Position numbers and translations under genes: made by a program. Below are positions 20,915 to 30,780 of a DNA stretch of 64,000 nt, in pieces; within the stretch, counting starts at the first letter, position 1; each line of letters begins with the position of its first letter. This stretch comes from a bacterium (GTDB lineage: Bacteria; UBA8248; JACPRG01; G963555815), in assembly GCA_965218795.1 (NCBI GenBank), contig OZ244653.1, positions 2,624,001 to 2,688,000 of the forward strand, given 5' to 3'. The notes under the pieces are model-generated. The model saw only the letters and a program-made list of their open reading frames with translations. It was not told the DNA's origin and ran no database searches.

Positions 20915-21100
20915 GGGCCGGCCGCCCCTGGGTGGCTTGACCCACACTCTGATTGACCGTGGTGTCGTTCCCTGGACTTGTCGGCCACCCAGGGGCAACC
21001 GGTTGAGGTTCCGACCTCGACCGACATCGTGACCTGATGAGAGCCTGGCCCAAGGCGTCCCTTCCCTGTCGTGTCCAAGATCGGCTGAGTTCGGTTCCAT
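20915..21100 (+). ncRNA. Putative IS110 bridge RNA
   Basis: Two consecutive stem-loops with internal loops upstream of the IS110 ORF: GCCCCTGGGTGGC/GCCACCCAGGGGC, and a CCGA..GAC/GTC..TCGG stem with an apical GCCT/AGGC hairpin. Confidence 0.7.
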
Positions 21101-21132
21101 CCCCTTCACTCACCATAGACGAGGAGGCGGAG

Positions 21133-21522
21133 ATGGCGAACGCGATCGCTGAGGGCACCCAGATCATCGGGGGCGTCGATACCCACCAGGACCTGCACAC
21201 CGCTGCCGTCGTGGACCTCGATGGAGCGGTACTCGGCACCGAATCGTTCTCCACCACCCGGGCCGGCTACCGGGCGATGCTTCGCTGGTTCCGGTCTCAC
21301 GGGGAGTTGCTTCGCGTAGGGGTCGAATCCACGGGGACTTACGGGGCTGGCATTACCCGGCATTTGGCCTTGTCCGGCGTGCCCGTGCTCGAGGTGACCG
21401 GTCCGGACCGGGCCGGGCGAAGAGCCAAGGGCAAGAGCGATGCCCTGGACTCGATCGCGGCGGCTGAGGCGGCTCGAACGAAAATCCGGGTCCAGGTGGC
21501 CAAAGACCGTTCCGGTGCCGTG
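21133..21522 (+). pseudogene. IS110 recombinase N-terminal domain, truncated
   Basis: GGVDTHQD.H, GVESTGTYG and GKSD.LD motifs; GAGGAGG RBS; cut by a mini-IS3. Confidence 0.88.
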
Positions 21523-21594
21523 TGGATTTGACCCGCTTCGGTGGACACTTTCAGACTTTTATCAGGAGGTGTTCACCAGAACGGGGCAACTCCA
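21523..21594. mobile_element. 72-bp IS3-derived miniature element
   Basis: TGGATTTGACCCG..GTGGACAC left IR and GTGTTCACCAGAACGGGGCAACTCCA right IR with only about 20 bp between. Confidence 0.8.
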
Positions 21595-21771
21595 TGCACC
21601 GGGGATTTCCCGGCCGCAACGACGATGCGCCTCAAATGAATTCCGATCGCGCCGGAAGCCTCCGACGGAGCGGAGGAATGTAAGGCAATGATTGACAGCC
21701 CCGCCTTCTCCCGCTACCTTTGGACCGGGCGGTGATGACGCGCTCGATTCCGATCTGGAGGACCGTGACCG

Positions 21772-22110
21772 ATGAGCGAAAGGAACCCGGCCGTGGGCCC
21801 GGTGCATCCGGGAAAACTCCTGCGCGATGATATTCTGCCCGGACTTGCGATGAGCAAGACGGCGGTGGCGGATGCCCTGATGATATCCCGGCAGACGCTT
21901 TACGACATCCTCAACGAGAAGCAGCCGGTCACCGCCGGAATGGCCGTGCGCTTCGGCAAGCTGTTCGGCAACGGCGGCGCCTTCTGGGTCAATCTGCAAC
22001 GCAACCATGATCTGGCGCGCGCCGAGCGGACGGTGGACGTTTCCGGGATACCGACACTGAAGCGTGTCCGGCTTCGCGGTTCCAGTGCGCGCAAGGCGGA
22101 CCGGTCATGA
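21772..22110 (+). CDS. higA: HigA-family antitoxin
   Basis: PVHPGKLLRDDIL...A.AL.ISRQTL..I.NEK..VT..MAVR.GKLFG....FW.NLQ. Confidence 0.9.
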   Translation: MSERNPAVGPVHPGKLLRDDILPGLAMSKTAVADALMISRQTLYDILNEKQPVTAGMAVRFGKLFGNGGAFWVNLQRNHDLARAERTVDVSGIPTLKRVRLRGSSARKADRS

Positions 22111-22345
22111 TGCCGCCGGAGAACCGCGCGCTTCAGGCCATCCTGTTTCATCTCACGTTCCGGCATTCGGACCTCGCCCCGTTCGGGCTGGTCGAGTACC
22201 GCGGCGAGGACGAGGGCACGGACGCCGGGACGGGCATGTCCCATGCCTGGCGCAAGAGCGCGTTGTTCGACCGCTTCCTGGGTTTCGAGGTCCGGCTCGA
22301 AGGCGCCGGCGCGGCGCGGTACTGATGGGCGCGCTCGGGGGACCG

Positions 22346-24163
22346 ATGACAGCCGCGCGCCGGGTGCTCGGGGATGTGTTCGGGTTCGAGGGGTTCCGCC
22401 CCGGCCAGGAAGCGGCCATCGAGGCGCTGCTGGCGGGGCGCAACGTGCTCACGGTGATGCCGACGGGATCGGGCAAGTCGCTGTGCTTTCAGATCCCGGC
22501 CCTGATCATGGAGGGGCTCGCTGTCGTGGTGTCGCCGCTGATCGCGCTGATGCGGGACCAGGTCGCCGCCCTGCGGCTCGCGGGCGTCGCGGCGGACAGC
22601 ATCAACTCCGCCAACGACCGCGGCGACAACATCGCCGTCTGGCGCCGGGCCGCGGCGGGAGAGACCCGTCTTCTCTACATGGCGCCGGAACGGCTGATGA
22701 CCGAGCCGATGCTGGCGGCGCTGGCCCGGCTGCCGGTGACGCTGTTCGTCATCGACGAGGCGCATTGCATCTCCCAGTGGGGGCCGGCCTTCCGGCCGGA
22801 ATACGAGGACCTGTGCCGGTTGCGGGACCTCTTCCCCGAGGTTCCGATCGCCGCGCTGACGGCGACCGCCGATGAAGTGACCCGCGAGGACATCGCCGAT
22901 CGGCTGTTCGGGGGCCGGGTGGAACCCTTCATCCTCGGCTTCGACCGTCCGAACATCAAGCTGTCGGTGGAGATGAAACGCGAGTGGAAGCGGCAGTTGC
23001 TGAGCTTCATCGCGCGCCATGAAGGCGAGAGCGGCATCGTCTACTGCCTGTCGCGCAAGAAGACGGAGGAGACCGCCGCCCTGCTGGCGGCGGACGGAGT
23101 GCGGGCGTTTCCCTATCACGCGGGCATGGAGAAGGAGGACCGGGAGGCGCACCAGAACGTCTTCATGACCGATCCGGGCGTCGTCATCGTCGCCACCATC
23201 GCTTTCGGCATGGGGATCGACAAGGCGGACGTGCGCTACGTCTTCCACACCGATCTGCCGGGCAGCATCGAGGCCTATTACCAGGAGATCGGCCGGGCCG
23301 GACGCGACGGCGCGCCCGCCGAGGCCCACATGCTCTATGGGCTGGCCGATATCCGCATGCGGCGGCAGTTCATCGAGGATGAGGATGCCGGCGCTGAGCG
23401 CAAGCGGCGCGAGCACAAGCGGCTCGACGCCTTGCTCGGCTATTGCGAGGCGCCGTCCTGCCGCCGGGTGGCTCTGCTCGATTACTTCGGCGAGCGGATC
23501 GAGCCTTGCGGCAATTGCGATGCCTGCCTCGACCCGGCCGAGCGCGTCGACGGGACCGAGGATGCGCAGAAGATCCTGTCGGCGGTCTACCACTCGGGCG
23601 AACGGTTCGGCGCGGCGCATGTGATCGATATCCTGCGCGGGACCGAGGCCGAGAAGATCGTGCGCGCCGGTCATCACCGGCTGCCGCCCTTCGGAGTCGG
23701 CGCGGCGCGCGGCAAGAACGAATGGCGCTCGCTGATCCGCCAGATGGTGGCGACCGGGTTTCTGCGGCTCGACATCGCGGGCTATGGCGGGCTCGCGTTC
23801 ACCGGCAAGGGCCGCGCCCTGCTGGGGGGCGAGGGCGAGTTCCACTACCGCGAGGACACGGTGGTTGCACGGCCGTCCGCGGCGCCGCGCGAGACGCGCG
23901 GGAAAGAACCCGAACATCCGCTCAGCGACGATCAGGCGACGCTGCTGGCCGTGCTCAAGGCGTTGCGACTGCAACTTGCCAAGGAGCGCGGCGTACCGGC
24001 CTATATCGTGTTTCCCGACCGCTCGCTGATCGACATGGCGCGCCGGCGCCCGCGCACCGAAGAGGAGTTCGCCGAGGTCAACGGCGTCGGAGCGGCCAAG
24101 CTCGAGGCGTTCGCGGCGCCGTTTCTGGCCGCCATCGACGGCGCGCTGTCCGATGCGGGCTGA
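22346..24163 (+). CDS. recQ: ATP-dependent DNA helicase RecQ
   Basis: MPTGSGKSLCFQ, DEAHCISQWG, ATIAFGMGIDK and YYQEIGRAGRDG; RQC cysteines; C-terminal HRDC domain. Confidence 0.95.
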   Translation: MTAARRVLGDVFGFEGFRPGQEAAIEALLAGRNVLTVMPTGSGKSLCFQIPALIMEGLAVVVSPLIALMRDQVAALRLAGVAADSINSANDRGDNIAVWRRAAAGETRLLYMAPERLMTEPMLAALARLPVTLFVIDEAHCISQWGPAFRPEYEDLCRLRDLFPEVPIAALTATADEVTREDIADRLFGGRVEPFILGFDRPNIKLSVEMKREWKRQLLSFIARHEGESGIVYCLSRKKTEETAALLAADGVRAFPYHAGMEKEDREAHQNVFMTDPGVVIVATIAFGMGIDKADVRYVFHTDLPGSIEAYYQEIGRAGRDGAPAEAHMLYGLADIRMRRQFIEDEDAGAERKRREHKRLDALLGYCEAPSCRRVALLDYFGERIEPCGNCDACLDPAERVDGTEDAQKILSAVYHSGERFGAAHVIDILRGTEAEKIVRAGHHRLPPFGVGAARGKNEWRSLIRQMVATGFLRLDIAGYGGLAFTGKGRALLGGEGEFHYREDTVVARPSAAPRETRGKEPEHPLSDDQATLLAVLKALRLQLAKERGVPAYIVFPDRSLIDMARRRPRTEEEFAEVNGVGAAKLEAFAAPFLAAIDGALSDAG

Positions 24164-24214
24164 GCGCCGGCTCCCTGGAACGGGGCCGGTATTGACGGTG
24201 AAGACCGGCTTGCC

Positions 24215-25077
24215 ATGACCGATCAGATCGTCATCACCGAAAAATCCAGCCAGGCGAAGGATGTCCGCGCCGCCGTCGGGTCCCGTTACGGCGCCGTTCT
24301 CCCGGCCGAGGGCCATCTGCTCGACTTGGTCGAGCCGGAGGATGTGAACCCGGCCTGGAAGCGCTGGTCGGCGGTGATGCTGAGGCCCGAAGGGGCTCTA
24401 CGGCACCAAGCCGGCTTCGGGCGGCTACAAGGCGGCGCCAAGCGGGTTTGGCTCGCCACCGATTGCGACCGTGAGGGGCAGCTCATCAGCCAGGAAATCC
24501 TGGAGCATTGCGGCTATCGCGGCGAGGTCCTGAGGGTGCTGTTCACCACGCAGGACGCGCAGACCATCCGCGAGGCGTTCGGTCGCGCCCGACCCAACAG
24601 CGAACACGCCCGCCCCGGCTCCACGACCTGCCCTCGCCGCAGAAGCTTTGCAGCGCCCTGTTCGGCTGGTCGGCTTCCAAGACCCTGGAGGTCACCCAGG
24701 AGCTCTATGACGGCGCGGGTAAGAAGATCCTGACCTATCCGCGCGCCGAGGTGCGCTGCCTGCCGGAGAGCGCGATCGCAGACGCACCGAAGATCGTCGC
24801 CGGGCTGCAAGCCGGGAAATCCTATGGCGCCATCTCCGGGCCGTCGCCGCCGGCGACCCGCAAGGGACAGAACGGCAGCTTCCACGACAAGGGGCTCGAA
24901 GGCGCGAGCCATCACGCGGTCATTCCCAACGTCAACACGATCGTGGATCTAGGCGATATCTGGCCGCGCCTGTCGGGCGACGCGAAGAAGCTGTTCGACG
25001 CCGTCGCGCGTCCGGTTGTTTCAGGAAGACGCGCGGGTCATCGACTGCGGCAAGGGCCGCGCATTTGCCCAAATTAA
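24215..25077 (+). pseudogene. topB: DNA topoisomerase III pseudogene
   Basis: ITEKSSQA, GHL, ATDCDREG, TYPR and HHAVIP present, with large internal deletions and frameshifts. Confidence 0.85.
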
Positions 25078-25182
25078 AATGGTCCATGGCCCCAAAGAAT
25101 TGCGTTTCACAACTCGTGTGAAGTACGCTTATCCTTGCAGGCGATCAAATGGACAACGATTCCTGTTCGAAGCTCCGAGACC

Positions 25183-26073
25183 ATGACGCCCCTTCCACCG
25201 CTTGAATGCCTGCGCTTTTTCGAAGTCGCGGCCCGCCGCGAGAGCTTCGCCAAGGCGGCTGAGGAGCTCAACGTCTCCTCGTCGGCCGTTGCGCACCGCA
25301 TCAAGGTACTCGAAGAGCATCTCGGTGGCGCGCTGTTCGAGCGCGGTTATCGCGGCGTCCGCCTGAACGGGCGCGGCAAGGCGTATCTGAAGGATGTCCA
25401 GCGCATTCTGGCCGAGGTCCGGGTCGCCACGGAACGCCGCCGCGGCGATACCGGGACACAGCGGCTGAAACTGGTTTCGGTCGAGGCCGTGGCCGAGAAG
25501 TGGCTCATGCCGAGGCTCGCGAATTTCAAGCTGTCCCACCCCGGCGTCGTCATCGAGTTGGAGACCAACCATCGCGGCGTCGACCCGGCCAGGCGCGATT
25601 TCGATTTGTGGATCGCCTATGTGGGCGAGACCGCTGCGCCGCGCCCGGAGGGGCTGTTCGAGGAGACGCTGTACGAGGAGGACCTGCTTCCGGTCTGCAG
25701 TCCGGCCCTTATCGAGGCGCGCAGAAGGCCCGTCGCCCCGGCCGACCTGCACGGCTGGCCCCTGCTGTACGATCTCGGATGGGACACCGACTGGCCGTAC
25801 TGGTTCGCGCGCCAGGGCGCACCGTCGCCGGACCTGTCGCGGGCGTCGGGCTTCCGCCTCTACAGCATGGTGGTCGCCGCCGCCGTGGAGGGCATCGGCA
25901 CGGCTATCGGACACTCGCGGGTGATCGAGCAGGAGATGGAACGGGGCGCGCTGGTCCCTGTGTTCGACCGGCAGGTCGAAGCACCCGCGCGGTGCTGCCT
26001 CATCACGACAGCCGACTCGAGGCGCAATCCGGGAGTCCAGGCATTCCGGGACTGGATACTGAAGGAGGCTTGA
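25183..26073 (+). CDS. LysR-family regulator (GcvA-like)
   Basis: LPPL..LR.FE.AAR..SF..AAEELNV...AV...IK.LE..LG..LF.R; WLMPRL..F. Confidence 0.92.
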   Translation: MTPLPPLECLRFFEVAARRESFAKAAEELNVSSSAVAHRIKVLEEHLGGALFERGYRGVRLNGRGKAYLKDVQRILAEVRVATERRRGDTGTQRLKLVSVEAVAEKWLMPRLANFKLSHPGVVIELETNHRGVDPARRDFDLWIAYVGETAAPRPEGLFEETLYEEDLLPVCSPALIEARRRPVAPADLHGWPLLYDLGWDTDWPYWFARQGAPSPDLSRASGFRLYSMVVAAAVEGIGTAIGHSRVIEQEMERGALVPVFDRQVEAPARCCLITTADSRRNPGVQAFRDWILKEA

Positions 26074-26354
26074 ACCGGCCGCCGGGGAACAGGACGACGG
26101 GCTTCGTTTCAGGCTGGACGGGGTCGTGAAGCGCCACTCCGCGCCGCCCCGGCGGCACCTCCCCGTCGACGCTCGTGTGAGACATGCTGATACTGGCAGC
26201 TGAATACGATAGCCTTCTGTCCAGTTCAGGGTAGCTCCATAAGCTTGGTGAATAAGCGGGGACTTCTCTTATTCCACGAGACGTTCGCAATGGCCCGGCA
26301 TGTGTGTGTCGGGAAATGGTGTCAACACGTTGATTTGAAAAGAGGCACTTTCTA

Positions 26355-27689
26355 ATGGGGATCGGAAAAATTCATGTTAAGGCCGCGCTGATCGGTGTGG
26401 GCACTGCGATCATCCTGGGCGTTGCGTCGGTCAACGCCGCAGAGATCGACGAGTTGAAGGCGCAGATTGAAGCTCTTCGTGAACGGCTGGCTCGGCTCGA
26501 GGCCTCGCAGAAGCAGGCAGAACTGAAGATGAAATCAGCCGCCTCGGCGAAGGCTGTGGTCGCCGGGAACCGCCCCGGTTCCTGGAAGGTACCGGGGTCC
26601 GACACCTCGCTCTCTTTTGGTGGCTTTGTCAAAGGCGATACGATCTACGACACCCGCAACAATCTCGGCCCCGCCTTTGCTGTCGGTAAAATTGAGCTTG
26701 ATGGCGCCAAATCCGACAGCAAGGACGGGAGTTTCACTTTCCACGCCAGGCAGTCGCGCCTCCGGTTCGACAGCCATACGGCCACGACATGGGGGCCTCT
26801 GACCACGCGGATCGAAACCGATTTCTTCGGTGGCGGCAATGTCCTCAGGCTGCGCCACGCCTATGGCGCGGTCGGCGGAGTGCTCGCGGGGCAGACCTGG
26901 TCGATTCTCATGGAAGAAGACACGTTTGCCTCGACGGTGGATTCCGAGGGACCGGTAGGAATGATCATCTCCCGCAAGCCCCAGTTCCGGTATACCCAAA
27001 ACTTGGGGAAGAATCTCACCGGCCAGATCGCGGTCGAGATACCCAGCGGTACGATCCTGCAGGCGAAATTGAAAGTCGATGACGATGATGACGATAGTGT
27101 TCAAACGTCGGACTCGGGTGACCGGATGCCGAATTTCCTGGCGGCTTTGCGTTACCGGCCTGGCTGGGGCGCTGTCAATTTGAGCGGTGTGCTGCGCGAG
27201 GTCAGTACCGCGGACGACAGCCTGGTCGTCTACGGATTCCATGCAGGCGCGCATGTCAACGTAGCCGAAGGCACCAGGCTGATGGCGACGGTCAACATAG
27301 GCAGCGGCATAGCGGGCTACCTGGTCGGTGGCGGAGCCATCGCGACCTTGAAGGACAGCGGGCTCGAGGGCCAGGCCATGATGGGCGGGTTCGTCGGCAT
27401 CACGCATAGGTGGACCGACAGCTTGCGCTCGGGCCTCCATTACGGATGGGTCAACCACGACACCAATAACGGGTTGGCCGCCAAGGCTGCGGCAACGGAG
27501 AACGCCGAGTTGCGGTCGTTGCACGCCAACGTCTTCTGGAACCCGGTACCGCGGCTCACCGTCGGACTGGAGTTCATGCACGGCTGGCGCGAGGCCAACC
27601 CCCAGGTCGACGGCAAGGTGGTCGACCCGACCAAGACGACGGACGGCCAAGCCTCGCGCATCCAACTCGGCATGAAGTATGACTTCTAG
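26355..27689 (+). CDS. DcaP-family outer-membrane porin
   Basis: Signal peptide, coiled coil, ARQSRL, IETDF, RLRHAY and GQTWS motifs; terminal KYDF. Confidence 0.85.
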   Translation: MGIGKIHVKAALIGVGTAIILGVASVNAAEIDELKAQIEALRERLARLEASQKQAELKMKSAASAKAVVAGNRPGSWKVPGSDTSLSFGGFVKGDTIYDTRNNLGPAFAVGKIELDGAKSDSKDGSFTFHARQSRLRFDSHTATTWGPLTTRIETDFFGGGNVLRLRHAYGAVGGVLAGQTWSILMEEDTFASTVDSEGPVGMIISRKPQFRYTQNLGKNLTGQIAVEIPSGTILQAKLKVDDDDDDSVQTSDSGDRMPNFLAALRYRPGWGAVNLSGVLREVSTADDSLVVYGFHAGAHVNVAEGTRLMATVNIGSGIAGYLVGGGAIATLKDSGLEGQAMMGGFVGITHRWTDSLRSGLHYGWVNHDTNNGLAAKAAATENAELRSLHANVFWNPVPRLTVGLEFMHGWREANPQVDGKVVDPTKTTDGQASRIQLGMKYDF

Positions 27690-27913
27690 ACGGCCGCCAG
27701 GCGAGTACCTCAATTTCTTTGAAAAAGCTGGCCCTCTGTCCGAGAACCTCCCTCGCGATTCTGATTCTGGAATCGCTGGACGGAGCAAGGTTTCTCCCCG
27801 TGTGGGTGACGTACCCGGAGTGGGCGGTTTTTATTCCGCTGCGGGCGATAATGCAGGGCTTGCAGTGTCCGGTAAATTGCCGTACATTGAAAGGAGGCAA
27901 AGGAGATAAGACC

Positions 27914-28225
27914 ATGCTGAACTTCCATGACTGTGCGGCTGCCATCGACGAGCCGAAGACGGCACGCATGGAACAGCGCACCAAACCGCACGTCAAAGCA
28001 CAGATCCAACAGGCGGCGGCCCTGCTCGGTGTCGACGAGACGACTTTCGTGACCAGCGTCGCGCTGGAGCGTGCCCGGATCACGATTGCCGATCATGAGC
28101 GTACGGTTCTCTCAGCCGAAGACCGTGATGTGATCCTTGCCGCCCTCGATGCACCTGCGGAGCCAACCGATGCGTTGCGTGAGGCAATGGCCTTGCACGG
28201 AGCACGGGTGGCGCATGGCGGCTGA
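27914..28225 (+). CDS. DUF1778 (TacA/AtaR-like) antitoxin
   Basis: ARMEQRT....K..IQQAA.L.G.....F; overlaps the GNAT gene. Confidence 0.88.
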   Translation: MLNFHDCAAAIDEPKTARMEQRTKPHVKAQIQQAAALLGVDETTFVTSVALERARITIADHERTVLSAEDRDVILAALDAPAEPTDALREAMALHGARVAHGG

Positions 28226-28769
28226 GACCGCTCTCAATCCGCAAGGGGTATCCATTGAGCCGCTCGACCCGCAAAAACACGATCGAGCGGCCTTCTCCTG
28301 TGGGACCGACAGGCTCGACAACTTTCTCAAACGCACCGCCAGGAAACACCAGGCGGGAGACTTCACGCGGGTCTGGGTTGCTACGGAAGGGGGGAAAGCC
28401 GCAATTCTCGGTTATTACGCGCTGAACGCTCATTCGCTCGAAGGCGACGACCTCCCGGCTAATCTGATAAGGAACGCGCCCCGGTTTGGCGGTATCCCGG
28501 CCGTCTATCTCTCGATGATCGCAGTCGACCGTCGCCATCAGGGCCAAGGCTTCGGACGCATTCTTCTCGCGGACGCATTGAACCGCGCGGCAGCCGCTGC
28601 TGATCAGATCGGGTTGAAGGCCGTGATACTCGATGTGATTGAGGATGGTGGCCCCGAGATCACGGAAAAACGCCGTGCGTTCTACGCCGCCATGGGGTTT
28701 CAGTCGTTACCGGCGCGTCCGCTGAGAATGTTTATCAGTATCGAGACGGCGCGCCGGGCTCGGACCTGA
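28215..28769 (+). CDS. GNAT toxin (TacT/AtaT-like)
   Basis: HDRAAFSCG...LD.FL, GYYAL, AVD..HQGQG.G and FY..GF motifs. Confidence 0.88.
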   Translation: MAAETALNPQGVSIEPLDPQKHDRAAFSCGTDRLDNFLKRTARKHQAGDFTRVWVATEGGKAAILGYYALNAHSLEGDDLPANLIRNAPRFGGIPAVYLSMIAVDRRHQGQGFGRILLADALNRAAAAADQIGLKAVILDVIEDGGPEITEKRRAFYAAMGFQSLPARPLRMFISIETARRART

Positions 28770-28814
28770 TGACATGTCCAGCACTGTCAGCGCTACTTTT
28801 GGCATTCGTCGAGA

Positions 28815-28960
28815 AGGTGTCTGGACCCCGCAATAGCCCGGATGCTCGCTCTCGAAGGCACCGTGGGCCTCCTTGTTCGCCTTCAGGCGCTTGTTCATGT
28901 TCTCCAGGTCGTGGCGCTGCCACACGTAGCGCACGCTTGCCAGCGATTCGTCCGCCACGA
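28815..28960 (-). mobile_element. IS481-family transposase remnant
   Basis: VRYVWQRHDLE...KRLKA / EAHG.FESEHPGY, internally deleted. Confidence 0.7.
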
Positions 28961-29145
28961 ATTTTTTCCAGAGGAACAACTCATTGGTCATCTTATCGTT
29001 CCACCGATGAGCTTTCCCTCGTCTGCCTGCGGACAAACGTACCCCTCCTCCCGGCTAAGCGGTTGACATTCGAGTGGAACCAACAAGATGAAACTTCCCG
29101 CCAGATTGTAAAAAGCTCTGAAAATGGAGGCTCACGATGCTCTTT

Positions 29146-29697
29146 TTAAGACTCCTTCTGGGCGGTGGCTTCGCTGACGGGGGATTTCTGGGACGGCTCC
29201 CCTTCCTTTCGCTTCGGAGAGGAGGTTGCAGCGGGTGAATTTCTCAAGGTCGATCCGCTTTCACTGCTCATGTCCACTGAGCCTTTGAGCTTGGCTCCAT
29301 CGGCCACGACGATTCGAGGGGCCATGATATCTCCCGTCATAGAACCCGATTCTGTAATTTCGACCTTCTCTTTGGCGATTAAGTTTCCTTCCATCCGGCC
29401 TATGATCGTCATGGTCTTTGTTATGACTTCGGCGGATATATTGCCGGTTTCTCCTACTGTCAGGTGGTGCTCCTTCAAACTGATTTTTCCTTCGACCCTG
29501 CCTTCGATGGTCAGATCTTCACTCCCCGCGAGTTCTCCCCGGACGACGAAGGTCTTTCCGATTTTAGCCTGAGGACCCCTCGCAGGCACGGAAGTCATGG
29601 CCGGTGGAGATTCCGTGGACTCACCGTCGGTGACGGACAACACGGAAGGCTGATCCGGCGCCTCATCCGGGCTTGATGATTTTGACCACATTTCCAT
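29146..29697 (-). CDS. Bactofilin (polymer-forming cytoskeletal protein)
   Basis: IGKT..V.GEL.G.EDL.IEGRVEG.I...G.ISA...GDI.APRI...DGA...G. Confidence 0.9.
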   Translation of the reverse strand: MEMWSKSSSPDEAPDQPSVLSVTDGESTESPPAMTSVPARGPQAKIGKTFVVRGELAGSEDLTIEGRVEGKISLKEHHLTVGETGNISAEVITKTMTIIGRMEGNLIAKEKVEITESGSMTGDIMAPRIVVADGAKLKGSVDMSSESGSTLRNSPAATSSPKRKEGEPSQKSPVSEATAQKES

Positions 29698-29709
29698 AGG
29701 CTCCCTTGA

Positions 29710-29800
29710 ATTCGACGGTGAGGGCGCTCGATGTTGTAGAACTTCAGGTACTTGTCCAGATTCTTCTGGAGCATCTCCACCGAACCATACAGCTTTATAT
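29710..29800 (-). mobile_element. IS481-like transposase C-terminal remnant
   Basis: LQKNLD.YL.FYN.ERPH. Confidence 0.6.
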
Positions 29801-29859
29801 CGACGCCTCTCGGTGGTAAGGGTCGATTCGGCGTGTCTGGCTCGCAGGTTGCAGCTTTC

Positions 29860-30090
29860 TATCCGGTCTGTTGGTGCAGGACTTTTGCCTGCTGGCCCTC
29901 GCTCTTGATCGCGACCGTCCTGACGCCAGGCTGCTGCACCGCCGTCCAGAGCGCACGCGCGTCATGTACATCGCTCTTGTTGCCACCCACGAAGGGTCTG
30001 ACCCTCTTTGCCGGCAGGAGCTTGACATCGTGGACCCAACTCCCGTAGTCGGCGCACCCAGTGCTGCGAGCCGCCGCACACCTCCATCGC
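29860..30090 (-). mobile_element. IS110 (IS1111-like) transposase fragment
   Basis: Minus frame HDVKLLPAKRVRPFVGGNKSDVHDARALWTAVQQPGVRTVAIKSEGQQA. Confidence 0.75.
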
Positions 30091-30284
30091 GAACCCGGTC
30101 GCCAGCACCGGCGGAACCGTCCACGGGAGTCACTATTTTATCGAATCCGTGTAAGTGTTAAAAATCAAAAGATTTTGTGCAATGGCCAAATTAAACTTGG
30201 TCATTGCTCCGCCTGCAGAGACGTCCCGCAAACCGCATCGACGCACCCTTCCGGTATCCGTCCGCTCCCCCCGAACCATGCAGA

Positions 30285-30780
30285 CCCTCCTGCCCACAGT
30301 CTGAAAGTGTTCAGTTGTCGAAGACTCATTCCCCTTGCGTGTCGGAGTACCGGCGCCAGATGGTCGAACGGGTCCGCTCGAACCGTCCCCGGTCCTTCCC
30401 GGATCGGCGAGCCGAAGGTCCAGAAATACCCTCACTCAGACGTGGGGGCAGGTCCACCGCGCGTTCCATCCCGCATCGCCGTCGAGAGCCCCCGCAACGA
30501 CCTCAGCACGGGCTGCCCATTGGCCCAAATTGAATTGTCCCATGGCCCAAAATCTTTCCATTTCACAACCCGTGTGAGACACGCTTACCCTACCAAGGTG
30601 CTCAAACTCTGGTTGGACACGCTTGAAGCTCCGGTGCTTGCCGGAGCGGCGAGCCGGAGGGAAAGACACCTGACCCTATGGACCGGTCTTGGGGAAGGCT
30701 TTACGTCCACCGGCTATCGTCGACCTCCGGGGCGGGGGACGACAGCCATCTACTGTCTACTGATTCTCTAAGTAACTCCA
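30285..30780 (+). mobile_element. Mosaic of IS3 end remnants
   Basis: Pieces matching the orfA start and, twice, the 3' subterminal region of IS 31587-32997; ends ..AACTCCA at 30780. Confidence 0.7.

Larger units (their letters stand above)
20847..21522 (+). mobile_element. IS110-family element, 5' part
   Basis: About 290-nt non-coding leader followed by a DEDD RuvC-like ORF. Confidence 0.85.
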
